Shown here piece after piece: positions 26,539-36,166 of a stretch of DNA of 64,000 nt (its first letter is position 1; the number at the start of each line of letters is the position of its first letter). Position numbers and translations under genes: made by a program. Source of the DNA: an uncultured Verrucomicrobiae bacterium. Its GTDB lineage: Bacteria > Verrucomicrobiota > Verrucomicrobiia > Limisphaerales > Palsa-1400. A model generated the notes under the pieces. That model worked only from the letters and a program-made list of their open reading frames with translations, ran no database searches and had not been told where the DNA came from. The DNA lies in contig CAVXRD010000002.1 in the NCBI GenBank assembly GCA_963764165.1, positions 1,536,001 through 1,600,000 of the forward strand, in the 5' to 3' direction.

Positions 26539-27314
26539 GGAGTTGGGCGTGGGCCGGTTGGATGGGGCTTCCAGTCCAGACGCGCGCGGCAGACCTCTCT
26601 TCCGTCCGACTTTACCAGAGAATGGTTGAACACACCCAAATCGCATTGGTGGGTTCGGAGGACCAGGCTTTCTCCGTCGTGCGTCTCGTTCAAGTAGTTC
26701 ACTTCCAGAACATGTAAGAAGTGGCAGAGATGAAAGTCTGCGGGATATCCGTCCAGCATCCAATCGATGTATCGGCTGCTGTTCACGTGCTGATTTACGT
26801 CGATGTCGGAGTAATGGGCGGTAATTGGCGACTCGCTGTCCCAGGTTTCATTGCCGGCGAGCCTGGCGGCATCTCGCTTGAGCGCGGCGCTGCAGTCCAA
26901 GGCTGCCAGGTTCGGGAGAAGGTGGTGAATGCGCTGCGGCCGTTTTGAGTCGGCGTCGACCACTAACCAGGCGCTCGACCCCGCGGCGAATCGCGTCCCG
27001 GTTTCGGTTGAAAACTCAAACTCTCTCAACGCGAACGCGGACTTAATCCCACGCGGCCATGTCCTCAGAGTCACCCAGTCGCCCCACGTTGGGTATTGCT
27101 GCACCTCGAACAGAAAACGAGCCAATACCCAGAATTTTCCCTGGGCGCGGAGGTGTGTGCAGCCTATACCCAGGGCCTCGGCGTGATTCCAGGCCGCCTC
27201 AAGAAAACACCGACAGAGGCTGGGATTGGACGCCCGACGCGTAGCGTCAGCATCATATGAGCGAATTCGGAGTCGCTCAGTCCACACGGGCGTCCCTGTT
27301 GCGGAAATTGCCAT
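26535..27314 (-). CDS. Acyl-ACP thioesterase
   Basis: IRSYDAD, WVLAR, YSDIDVNQHVNSSRYIDW. Confidence 0.88.
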   Translation of the reverse strand: MAISATGTPVWTERLRIRSYDADATRRASNPSLCRCFLEAAWNHAEALGIGCTHLRAQGKFWVLARFLFEVQQYPTWGDWVTLRTWPRGIKSAFALREFEFSTETGTRFAAGSSAWLVVDADSKRPQRIHHLLPNLAALDCSAALKRDAARLAGNETWDSESPITAHYSDIDVNQHVNSSRYIDWMLDGYPADFHLCHFLHVLEVNYLNETHDGESLVLRTHQCDLGVFNHSLVKSDGREVCRARLDWKPHPTGPRPTP

Positions 27315-27422
27315 GCCTTGAGCTTTGCACGCCGACGGATCCAAATCGAGCTTCGGAGATACCACCGACCGTTGACGCGGTCCGACTCGCCGAGTACCTG
27401 CTAAATCAACGAAAGGCTGGTT

Positions 27423-28241
27423 ATGCAACAGAGAAAACTTGGTCGCCATGGGCCGACGGTGTCAGCCATCGGGCTCGGCTGCATGGGCATGTCAGAATTC
27501 TACGGTCCTCGGGACAACGCCGAGTCTGTCGCGACGATCCATCGGGCGATTGACCTCGGAATTAATTTCCTGGATACGGCCGACGCGTATGGCTGCGGAG
27601 AAAACGAGCGCCTCGTTGGACAGGCCATCAAGGGAAAACGGGATCGCGTCATTCTCGCCACCAAATTTGGCAATGTGCGCGACGCGCAAGGCAAGTTTAT
27701 CGGCGTAAATGGGAAGGCCGAATATGTTCGCCAGGCCTGCGAAGCGAGTTTGAAGCGCCTCGGGGTCGAAGTCATTGATCTCTACTACCAGCATCGCGTT
27801 GATCCGCAGGTCCCAATCGAGGAGACGGTCGGAGCGATGAGTGAGTTGGTTCGTGCGGGCAAAATTCGTTACCTCGGCCTTTCCGAAGCGGCGCCAGTCA
27901 CGATTCGGCGAGCAGTCAAGGTCCATCCGATTACCGCGCTGCAAACGTATTGCCCGGTTTCACGCATGCATGAGCACATCGGCGAGGAAATCGTGACGTG
28001 CGGTCTGATTGTTGAACAACGGATGCACCACCAGGTGACTGGAGAGCCCATGAAATTCCTCACGCTCGCCGACTGGACCGGCATGGTGGAAACCGAGCTA
28101 TTTGCCTCGACGTATCAAACTTATGGCTTGTCGACGGTCCGTTATCCCGTTCTCGAAATCACCGCTCGCGTCGAACCATTTGAAAATGGCCGAGGCTTCA
28201 CTTTGCGCGTGTTGCGTGCCGCAAAGCCGCGAGTTCGATAA
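27423..28241 (+). pseudogene. Chimera: aldo/keto reductase N-half fused in frame to a DNA Pol III alpha (DnaE2-like) C-terminal OB fold
   Basis: GLGCMGMS...DTADAYG...HRVDP...ITALQT, then [21 protein letters not shown]. Confidence 0.7.
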
Positions 28242-28295
28242 GCGCGAATTCCAATCGGCCCTTGCGTTTTCCGCTGGCGCTTGGAATTTGTTACC

Positions 28296-28925
28296 ATGAG
28301 AAAGGCGAACCGGCGCGCATTCTTGAAGGTCATGGCCGCTGGCGCGACGACCGGGGTGGCGGACGCGTTGACGGCTGCCTCGCCTAATCTTGTGAAACCT
28401 GAATCTTTCATACTTTCTGCAAGCGACTGGGTGCCGAACAACCCAACTCTGCCAGTATTGCTCTATCACGGCGTGATGACGGACAAAACCGGCGAAGCGG
28501 CCGCTGCGGAATTTGAGTCCTTGTTCGAGCGGAACGGTTGGCCACCGCAATGGCGCAACGGGGTTTACCCATTTCATCATTACCATTCAACGGCGCATGA
28601 AGTTTTGGCTTTCGTGGGTGGTTCCGCGCGCTTGATGCTCGGGGGCCCAGATGGACGTGAAGTCAAAGTAAAGGCTGGCGATGTCGCCGTGTTGCCGGTC
28701 GGCACCGGCCATTGTCGCATCGAGGCGAGCCCGGATTTCCTTGTCGTCGGCGCATATCCCCCAGGACAGAGTTGGGACATTTGCCGGACCGCCCCGACCT
28801 CGGAAATGATCGAGCGGATGAAGAAGGTGACCTTTCCTCACAGTGACCCTGTCGCTGGTCAATCCGGTCCGTTGACCACCCTTTGGAAAACATGGCTGCA
28901 GCAAAGCTTGGAACGCGAAATATGA
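28296..28925 (+). CDS. Cupin-domain protein (YjlB-like) with Tat-like signal
   Basis: [37 protein letters not shown]. Confidence 0.85.
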   Translation: MRKANRRAFLKVMAAGATTGVADALTAASPNLVKPESFILSASDWVPNNPTLPVLLYHGVMTDKTGEAAAAEFESLFERNGWPPQWRNGVYPFHHYHSTAHEVLAFVGGSARLMLGGPDGREVKVKAGDVAVLPVGTGHCRIEASPDFLVVGAYPPGQSWDICRTAPTSEMIERMKKVTFPHSDPVAGQSGPLTTLWKTWLQQSLEREI

Positions 28926-29089
28926 AGACTGTTTTAATCACGGGAGCAAATCGAGGCATCGGATTCGAAACAGCACACCAACTTGCGTCGCGAGGATTTC
29001 ACGTTGTTGTCGGCGCGCGGTCGGAACAGCAAGGGCAGGAAGCCGTGCGCGCACTTGACAGCGCAGGGAAGGTTTCACTCTTGGTTCTC
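28922..29089 (+). pseudogene. SDR oxidoreductase 5' fragment interrupted by the IS-like element
   Basis: [18 protein letters not shown]; similarity ends at the element edge. Confidence 0.8.
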
Positions 29090-30838
29090 TACGCTCGCCT
29101 CCGCTGCGCCTCAGCCCGATGGGGCCGAGGCACAGCGCGGCAAAGCCGCAACCAAAAATAAGAGGAAAGCGCCGTCCGGTCTGGGTAAGATTGGATGTAT
29201 GCAAAACAAACCGCTTACCCATGACGGCGCTTCCAACTCTTTTGTACACAAACATGCTTCCTCAATTCTAGGAGTTCTTTCGGGCTTTGATCGCCTGCGA
29301 TTGCGCGGGACGCTGCGCCAGTTGTACGGCCCCCAGGTGATGGAGGCCTACTTGAACGCCTGCCACATTCTGATCAAGGATTTCAGCCAGTTGGTCGAAC
29401 GGACCACCAAAGCGGTCAAAGACAAAGCCAGGGCCCTGGCACAAACAGCCGGGCGGCCTTTTCTTTTCGTCCCCTCCAGCCAAACCAGCAAGGAGGAGGT
29501 GGCGCGCAAGATTGCCGCCCGCGATAAAATCACCGAGGGACTGATCGCCATTCTCAATTGCACGGAACCCTGCATGTCCTTTCAAGTCGTCGGAAACCCC
29601 CAAACCAAACACATTGAGGTGAAGGTTCAGCAGCGCAAGTGCAGCCATCTTTATTTCTATTTCGAGCATTCCAAGTTTGGCTTCATGCACCTGCGCCTGC
29701 AAACCTGGTTTCCCTTCCAGATTAATATCTGCCTCAATGGCCGGCATTGGCTGGGAAAGCAGTTGGATCAGGCAGGCATTGCCTATCAAAAGAAGGAGAA
29801 CACCTTTTTGCGGGTGGCCGATATGGGGCGCGCTCAAGGCCTGCTGGACCAGCAACTGCAAACTGACTGGCCCAAGGAGCTGGGCCGGCTGCTCAATGAG
29901 GTTCATCCCCTGCACCGGTCGATTTGCCAGCCGCTGAACCTCAAATACTATTGGAGCGCTTCGGACACCGAATATGCCACCGATGTCATTTTCAAGGAGC
30001 CCGAGAGCCTGGCCCGGCTTTATCCCAGCCTGGTTCACCATGCCATCAGTTCCTTTTCCAGCGCGGACGTGATGAGGTTTTTGGGCCGATACGTTCCCAT
30101 CAGCACGGGCAGGGTGTACGGCCAGTTTGAGGGCGAAATCACCAGCGACACCAAACGGCGGCCGGAGGGCGTGCGGGTCAAGCACAGTCTTAACGGCAAC
30201 TCGATCAAATTTTACGACAAGCAGGGCTCGGTTTTGCGGATCGAAACGACGGTGACGCACCCGGAGGAATTTAAAGTTTATCGCAAACCGGAAGGCCGGC
30301 CCAAGGAGGCCAAACGCTGGCTGACATTGCGCCGGGGGCTGGCCGACCTGAAACGGCGCAAAGAAATCTCTCACCGGGCCAATGAACGTTATTTGCAGGC
30401 GTTGGGATCCGTCAGCGGAACGGTGCCGCTGTTCCAATGGGTTGAAAAATGCTGCAAGCCCCTGCGGCAGGCGGGGCGGCGCTACCGCGCCCTCAATCCT
30501 TGGGCCCCGGAGGACGGACGCCTTTTGGAAATGGTCAGCCAGGGAGAGTACGCCCTCAACGGCTTTCGCAGTCGAGACATTCGGCAGGCCTATTTTCCCA
30601 GCCGGTGCGATGACCGCGAACTCAAACGCAGAATGGGCTGGATTGGACGCCGACTGCGGCTCCTGCGAGCGCATGGCTTGATCGCCAAAGTCAGCGGCAC
30701 CCACCGCTATGTTGTCACCGAGAAAGGGCGCACCACCATTACTGCGCTCTTGACCGCCCGCAAAGCGGACGTGGACAAATTGACCAAACTCGCCGCCTAA
30801 AACTTTGCCAAAAATGAAGAGTTTTCCGAAATAGCACT
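29090..30838 (+). mobile_element. IS-like element without terminal inverted repeats (ends approximate)
   Basis: Single large ORF interrupting the SDR gene; hairpin at the left end. Confidence 0.6.
29199..30800 (+). CDS. Putative transposase (Rep-like core with C-terminal winged helix)
   Basis: GFDRL, HLYFY, QTWFPF, LNGR, IKFYDKQGSVLRIETT, LRAHGLIAKV..THRY. Confidence 0.7.
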   Translation: MQNKPLTHDGASNSFVHKHASSILGVLSGFDRLRLRGTLRQLYGPQVMEAYLNACHILIKDFSQLVERTTKAVKDKARALAQTAGRPFLFVPSSQTSKEEVARKIAARDKITEGLIAILNCTEPCMSFQVVGNPQTKHIEVKVQQRKCSHLYFYFEHSKFGFMHLRLQTWFPFQINICLNGRHWLGKQLDQAGIAYQKKENTFLRVADMGRAQGLLDQQLQTDWPKELGRLLNEVHPLHRSICQPLNLKYYWSASDTEYATDVIFKEPESLARLYPSLVHHAISSFSSADVMRFLGRYVPISTGRVYGQFEGEITSDTKRRPEGVRVKHSLNGNSIKFYDKQGSVLRIETTVTHPEEFKVYRKPEGRPKEAKRWLTLRRGLADLKRRKEISHRANERYLQALGSVSGTVPLFQWVEKCCKPLRQAGRRYRALNPWAPEDGRLLEMVSQGEYALNGFRSRDIRQAYFPSRCDDRELKRRMGWIGRRLRLLRAHGLIAKVSGTHRYVVTEKGRTTITALLTARKADVDKLTKLAA

Positions 30839-31155
30839 ACAGAGAAGAAAAGCAATTTACAGAAAGATTTTTACACCCCCGTGAATGGGTCGGATGAGGC
30901 CAAAATCGGGTTTCTGGGTCTGGTCAGCCAGTAAATCAGGCGTTCGGATGGGAAGAGTCTGGGGTCGAGGCCAACCGGAATGACATCTTTGATTTGTGTG
31001 ATATTTTTCATGCTGGGAGAATATCAGGACTGGTTGGACAAAGGATGGCCAACACCGGAATCGCCTGCAGGATTATCACTTTTTACGAGCGAGTCGGGCG
31101 AACTTTAACTCCCGCAATATTCCAAGCGCTGGCTCGTATATGTGTTTGACCCGGT

Positions 31156-31689
31156 ATGATGCCCCACAAATTGAAGCAAATTGATACAGCGAACTGGCAG
31201 GCTGTCGACAAGGCTCCCGCTGTGTGGATGAAGATTACTGACGCTGGCGAGACTGCAGACGAGTGGATCGCTTTCTTCCAGCGGCCCAAACTGAAGCCCC
31301 AGGTGCCTTCGGATATCGTCCCGCTATTGGAAGTCGCTCGGGGTGCAATGATTTACGGTTGGTTCTATTACCCGCTGCTGACGCTTGGTGCCGAGCAGAC
31401 CTGGCGTGTAATGGACCTGGGGGTGTGCATTCGGTGTCAGCAGCTTGGCATCAAAACGAAACGGACGAACAAAAGTCAGAATCGAGAATTTGACACGAGT
31501 TTCAGCGAGAACATTGATGCTCTTTTCGCTCGTGGTCCAATTCTGAAGCTGGCCAAAAATCGTTGGGATTCCATTCGCGAACTTGGAAACTCAACTTCGC
31601 ATCCGAAGCGCCTGATGATTCTTGACCCAGGCCAGGCGCAGGTGATTCTGGAAACCGCTGTGGAATTGCTCAACGATCTTTTCCAGTGA
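31156..31689 (+). CDS. Hypothetical helical protein (HEPN-like R-x-N..H remnant)
   Basis: YGWFYYPLLT; SIRELGNSTSHP. Confidence 0.5.
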   Translation: MMPHKLKQIDTANWQAVDKAPAVWMKITDAGETADEWIAFFQRPKLKPQVPSDIVPLLEVARGAMIYGWFYYPLLTLGAEQTWRVMDLGVCIRCQQLGIKTKRTNKSQNREFDTSFSENIDALFARGPILKLAKNRWDSIRELGNSTSHPKRLMILDPGQAQVILETAVELLNDLFQ

Positions 31690-31888
31690 CCTAGAGGACC
31701 CGCCTCGCCGCGCATCGTAAAGAGAATTTGAGACGACAGCGAAAAATATCCGATCAGGAAAATCGACCGTGAAAAGATGCATCCCAGACATCGCCAAACA
31801 ACAAAAACATCGTCAGACAACAGTGAATGTGTGGTAACTTTTTGTGGTAAATTGGGGTCTGTTTTTCGTAAGTGCTTGCAAGAGAAAA

Positions 31889-31965
31889 TGGAGCGAGCGA
31901 AGGGATTCGAACCCTCGACACTCACGTTGGCAACGTGATGCTCTACCAGGCTGAGCTACGCTCGC
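31889..31965 (-). tRNA. tRNA-Gly(GCC), canonical
   Basis: TCACG-TTGCCAA-CGTGA, GG in D loop, TTCGAAT T loop, TCCA. Confidence 0.97.
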
Positions 31966-32024
31966 TTCCGTTAACGCCTTCCATCTTCTCCACTCTCCCG
32001 CAAAATTGCAAGCGGGAATATTTT

Positions 32025-32185
32025 AATTTGGAACGACCGAACTCAGGAAAAGAGATCGAAGTCAATTTCACGCGCGTCTTTAATCCGCGTTCACCACGGC
32101 GTATTTGTCCCCTCAATTCACATTAATTCCCGTCGCTTGGAATGCGAATGCGGCCTCTTTTCCTGAGTTCGGCCGTTCCAGATTA
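32025..32185. repeat. Inverted repeat pair of the GGAACGACCGAACTCAGGAAAAGAG family
   Basis: Related copies at 42424-42578 and 53052. Confidence 0.7.
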
Positions 32186-32263
32186 AAACCTTCCCCACCC
32201 CAGCAGGCGTGTGCGGCGAGATTGCGGTTTGAACTTCCCCCGCCCTTGCCCTATAAACAACGT

Positions 32264-33187
32264 GTGTCCAATGACGCCAGCGGATCGGTCAACGCCAGCA
32301 CGCGCTTTTGCGCGGTCTTTGGGCATCCAGTCAAGCATTCGGCCTCGCCAGCCATGCAGAACGCGGGGCTTGCCGCCCTCGGCCTCAATTGGCGCTATCT
32401 GGCGTTCGATGTCCACCCGGATCACTTGCGGCCAGCCATTGAGGGTGCGCGGCGCATGGGATTCATCGGCCTCAATCTGACGGTGCCGCACAAATTGCTG
32501 GCGCTCGACATGGTGGATGTGGTCGATGAACAGGCCAAATCCTGGGGTGCTGTCAATACCATCGTTTTCGAAACGCCCAACGCGGCCGGAAAATGGATTC
32601 CGGTCGGCGCGAGGGATTCGCTGCCGGATGGCGAAGTGCGAAGCCGCGGCTTCAATACCGACGCCGATGCCATCGTCCAGGCGCTCAAAGAGGCATTCGA
32701 CTTGACTGGCTTGCGCGGCAAGTCGGTGCTGGTGCTGGGCGCCGGCGGCGCGGGGCGGGCGGCGGCGCTGCGGCTGGCGCGCGAGAATTTGGAGGCGCTT
32801 TGTTTGGTCAATCGCACGGAATCCAAGGTGGCGGAACTGGCGGCGGAGATTGCGAGGATTTCGCCGGGATTGCCCGTGTTTTCCGGTTATCCGCAAAGGA
32901 CCGTGGACATCGTCATCAACGCCACGTCTCTTGGTCTCAGGGCGGGCGACGCGGCGCCGATTGACATGCAGTGGCTTCATGCGCACCGGCCTAAATTTGT
33001 GTATGACATGATTTACCGCCCAATGGAAACCGGCTTGTTGCGGGCCGGGCGCGATGCCGGTTGCAAGACGGCCAACGGCGCCGGGATGCTTCTCCACCAG
33101 GGGGCGCGCTCTCTGGAGCTGTGGACGGGGCGCCCCGCCCCGGTCGACGTGATGCGCGACGCGCTGCGAAAAAATCTCTACGGATGA
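32264..33187 (+). CDS. aroE: Shikimate dehydrogenase
   Basis: GHPVKHSASP, NLTVPHK, GAVNT, NTDA, LGAGGAG, YDMIY. Confidence 0.95.
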   Translation: MSNDASGSVNASTRFCAVFGHPVKHSASPAMQNAGLAALGLNWRYLAFDVHPDHLRPAIEGARRMGFIGLNLTVPHKLLALDMVDVVDEQAKSWGAVNTIVFETPNAAGKWIPVGARDSLPDGEVRSRGFNTDADAIVQALKEAFDLTGLRGKSVLVLGAGGAGRAAALRLARENLEALCLVNRTESKVAELAAEIARISPGLPVFSGYPQRTVDIVINATSLGLRAGDAAPIDMQWLHAHRPKFVYDMIYRPMETGLLRAGRDAGCKTANGAGMLLHQGARSLELWTGRPAPVDVMRDALRKNLYG

Positions 33188-34317
33188 GCCACATCATCGA
33201 TCCCCAGGCGATGGCGCAGGTGCCGTTTCACTTTTGGACGCTGGTCTTTTTTGTGCTTGGCTGCACGGTGGGAAGTTTTCTCAATGTCTGCATTCACCGG
33301 ATGCCGCGCGGCGAAAGCATCGTGCACCCTCCTTCGCACTGTCCGCACTGCAATTACTCGATTCCATGGTATTTGAATATTCCGCTGGTGACGTGGCTTT
33401 ATCTCGGAGGGCGGTGCGCCAACTGCCGGGCGGAAATTTCAATGCGCTACTTCCTCGTCGAAGCCCTCACGGGCACAGTCTTCGCGCTTTGCTGGCTGAT
33501 GTTTGGCCCCCAATCGGCAGCGGTGGCCGGCGTGTATTGCGTGCTGCTGGCAGGGTTGATCGCGGCGACGTTTATTGACTTTGAGCACTTCATCATCCCG
33601 GACGAAATCACCATTGGCGGAATGGTGGTTGGGCTGCTGCTGGCGTTTTTTGTGCCGGGATCGCACATGAGTTTTCCAGGGTTCGTGCCGTTCACCGTGC
33701 CGGGGCCGTCGATGCGCGCCAGCGTGGTGGGAATGGTGGTGGGAGCGGGGATTGTGTATGCGATCCTGCGCCTGGGAAAATTGCTCTTCGGCCGTTACAA
33801 AATGAATTTTCCGCCCGGCAGCAAAATTCTCTTTACAGAGAGTTGCATCAAAACTCCCAGCGGCGACGTGCCTTACGACGAAGTTTTTTACCGTTCGTCA
33901 GACACAGTTCGAATCACAGCGGAACGCGTGGAAATGGTGGATCGCTGCTATCTGAAAGCGGAGATTCGCTTGCAGGAGAAATTGCTGAAAATTGGGGCGG
34001 ACACGTTCGAGCCGGAGAAGGTCTCTTGCCTTGAAGTCGTGACCGACCAGATGGTCCTGCCACGGGAAGCGATGGGCTTGGGTGACGTCAAGTTTATGGC
34101 GGCCATCGGAGCGTTTCTCGGCTGGCCGGCGGTGGTCTTTTCTTTGGCCATCAGCTCGGTGCTGGGATCGCTGGCCGGCGTGGGGCTGATCCTCATGCGC
34201 CGGCGCGAGTGGTCGGCGCGGATGCCCTACGGGCCTTACATCGCGGCGGCGGCGGTGATCTGGGTTTTTGGCGGGTATCGCTGGATGAAATATCTCGTCG
34301 CCGCGAATTTCCGGTAA
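33184..34317 (+). CDS. pilD: Prepilin peptidase/N-methyltransferase
   Basis: GSFLNVCIHRMP, CPHC, CANC, MGLGDVK, PYGPYI. Confidence 0.93.
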   Translation: MSHIIDPQAMAQVPFHFWTLVFFVLGCTVGSFLNVCIHRMPRGESIVHPPSHCPHCNYSIPWYLNIPLVTWLYLGGRCANCRAEISMRYFLVEALTGTVFALCWLMFGPQSAAVAGVYCVLLAGLIAATFIDFEHFIIPDEITIGGMVVGLLLAFFVPGSHMSFPGFVPFTVPGPSMRASVVGMVVGAGIVYAILRLGKLLFGRYKMNFPPGSKILFTESCIKTPSGDVPYDEVFYRSSDTVRITAERVEMVDRCYLKAEIRLQEKLLKIGADTFEPEKVSCLEVVTDQMVLPREAMGLGDVKFMAAIGAFLGWPAVVFSLAISSVLGSLAGVGLILMRRREWSARMPYGPYIAAAAVIWVFGGYRWMKYLVAANFR

Positions 34318-34327
34318 CCGGCGCGGA

Positions 34328-35611
34328 ATGGAAAACAACACCCAGCGGCGCGCGCAACTCTGGGTGCCGAGCCTTTATTTTTCCTCCGGCGTTCCGTACG
34401 TCATCGTCATGATGGCCTCGGTGGTCATGTACACCAAGCTGGGCTTGTCAAAGACACAGATTTCCCTCTGCACGAGCTGGCTTTCCCTGCCGTGGGTGAT
34501 CAAGCCGATTTGGAGTCCGCTGATTGATTCGCGACGGACGAAGCGCGCCTGGATCGTCAGCATGCAGGTCTGCATTGCCAGCGGGCTGGCGCTGACAGCA
34601 TGGGCGATCACCGCCTCCCATTTTATCGCGTGGTCACTGGCCATGCTGATGCTAATGGCCTTTGCCTCCGCCACGCACGACATCGCGGCGGACGGGTTTT
34701 ACATGCTCAGCATGACGCAGCATCAGCAGGCCATGTGGGTGGGTTTGCGGAGCACCTTTTATCGAATGGCGACGGTGGCGGGGACCGGATTGCTGGTGAT
34801 GCTGGCTGGAAAATTGGAAGATCGGTTTCACGACGTTTCGAAGGCGTGGTCGATTTCGCTTTTTGCGGTGGCGGGCTTGTTTTTTGCGTTCACCCTCTGG
34901 CACGGCTTCATTTTGCCAAGGCCATCTGGCGACGGCCCGGTGGGCGCCGGGCGGAATCTCATGGGCGGATTTCTGGAGACATTTGATGAGTTCTTCCAGA
35001 AACCCGGACTGCCGATGGCGGTGGCGTTTATCCTGCTCTACCGATTTGATGAAGCGCAGGTGGGAAAAGTGTTGCAGCCATTTCTGCTTGACAAGCGGGA
35101 CCACGGCGGATTGGGATTGACGACGTTTCAAGTCGGCTACGTTTACGGCACAGTGGGCATTATTTCGCTCACCTGCGGAGGCATCGTGGGTGGCGTTGCG
35201 GCGGCCCGCTTCGGATTGAAGACGATGCTGCCGATCATGGCAGCCGTCATGTATTTGCCGAAGTCGGTCTTTTTGCTCCTGTCATGGAAGCAGCCCAAGA
35301 GCATTCCGCTGCTGTGCGGCGCGGTGGGATTTGAGCAATTTGGCTACGGGTTCGGGCTCACGGCCTTTCTACTTTACATGCTTTACTTCGCCGATGGCCC
35401 ACGCCGCACCGCGCACTACGCCATCTGCACCGGATTCATGGCGCTGGGGATGATGATCCCCGGCATGTGGAGCGGCTGGCTGGCGGATCATCTGGGCTAT
35501 CACAAATTTTTCGCATGGATTATTCTTTGCGCCATACCGGGGATGACCATGACACTCCTGCTCAAAGTCGATCCGCAATTTGGAAAGAAGAAAGTGGTGA
35601 GAAATGAATAG
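34328..35611 (+). CDS. MFS transporter, AmpG-like
   Basis: LPWVIKPIWSPLID, ASATHDIAADG, ~12 TM. Confidence 0.88.
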   Translation: MENNTQRRAQLWVPSLYFSSGVPYVIVMMASVVMYTKLGLSKTQISLCTSWLSLPWVIKPIWSPLIDSRRTKRAWIVSMQVCIASGLALTAWAITASHFIAWSLAMLMLMAFASATHDIAADGFYMLSMTQHQQAMWVGLRSTFYRMATVAGTGLLVMLAGKLEDRFHDVSKAWSISLFAVAGLFFAFTLWHGFILPRPSGDGPVGAGRNLMGGFLETFDEFFQKPGLPMAVAFILLYRFDEAQVGKVLQPFLLDKRDHGGLGLTTFQVGYVYGTVGIISLTCGGIVGGVAAARFGLKTMLPIMAAVMYLPKSVFLLLSWKQPKSIPLLCGAVGFEQFGYGFGLTAFLLYMLYFADGPRRTAHYAICTGFMALGMMIPGMWSGWLADHLGYHKFFAWIILCAIPGMTMTLLLKVDPQFGKKKVVRNE

Positions 35612-35666
35612 CACCGCAACCTCACAAATGAATTTTTTCGCAGCGTCTCCGCGAAAAGATAAACGT

Positions 35667-35805
35667 GGCAGGGCGAGGCTGCCAACGAACTGTCTTGTGG
35701 AGGTAGGGACGCCTCGCCGAGGCGTCCGGGGCGAGGCGTCGTTGAACGGTGCGGCCCACAAAAACTTTCACGCGCAACCGGGCGCCTCGGCGAGGCGTCC
35801 CTGCC
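35667..35805. repeat. 139-bp REPIN-like element (reverse copy of 5210-5348)
   Basis: Direct sequence match. Confidence 0.85.
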
Positions 35806-35892
35806 TCCAAAGGCGAAATTTGTTCGTCGGAACTTCTCACCGATTCGTTGGCTGGGGCCTCCTGCCGAGCCATTTGCCGAGATTGGTCGGCA

Positions 35893-36107
35893 GCATCCCG
35901 GCAGGGATGGAAGCTCGTAGCCGGTGGTTGAGCGAAGCGCATCCGGAAAAACGCCCAAAATCCTCGGGCATTCTGGAAGGATGCCAGCATGAACTGCGAT
36001 CCCGCCACGCGGCTGTCATCCCTGCCGGGATGAGTTATAATTATCGTTGCGTCTGGTGGTATCGCTTCGCTCAACCACCGGCTGCGAGCTGTGATGCCTC
36101 CGGCATC
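35893..36107. repeat. Second palindromic repeat family
   Basis: CATCCCGGCAGGGATG/CATCCCTGCCGGGATG and AGCCGGTGGTTGAGCGAAGCG/CGCTTCGCTCAACCACCGGCT. Confidence 0.75.
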
Positions 36108-36166
36108 TTTCGCGGAGGTCTTTTCCTGATTTCCTGATTTCCAGATATTTCCTTTATTTATTCCGC

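Larger units (their letters stand above)
19897..31888. mobile_element. Decayed genomic island at the 3' end of tRNA-Gly (left boundary approximate; no integrase seen)
   Basis: Truncated and chimeric genes, IS-like element, tRNA array; abuts the tRNA 3' end. Confidence 0.55.

Noticed and set aside
29268..30704. Long antisense ORFs (also 44212-45642 and 59874-61703)
   Set aside because: Shadow frames of high-GC genes with no recognisable motifs.
19897..31888. Prophage
   Set aside because: No structural, terminase or integrase genes; no duplicated tRNA 3' end was found by eye.
35500..36137. ORFs of 130-177 aa between the MFS and sulfotransferase genes
   Set aside because: They are translations of palindromic repeats.
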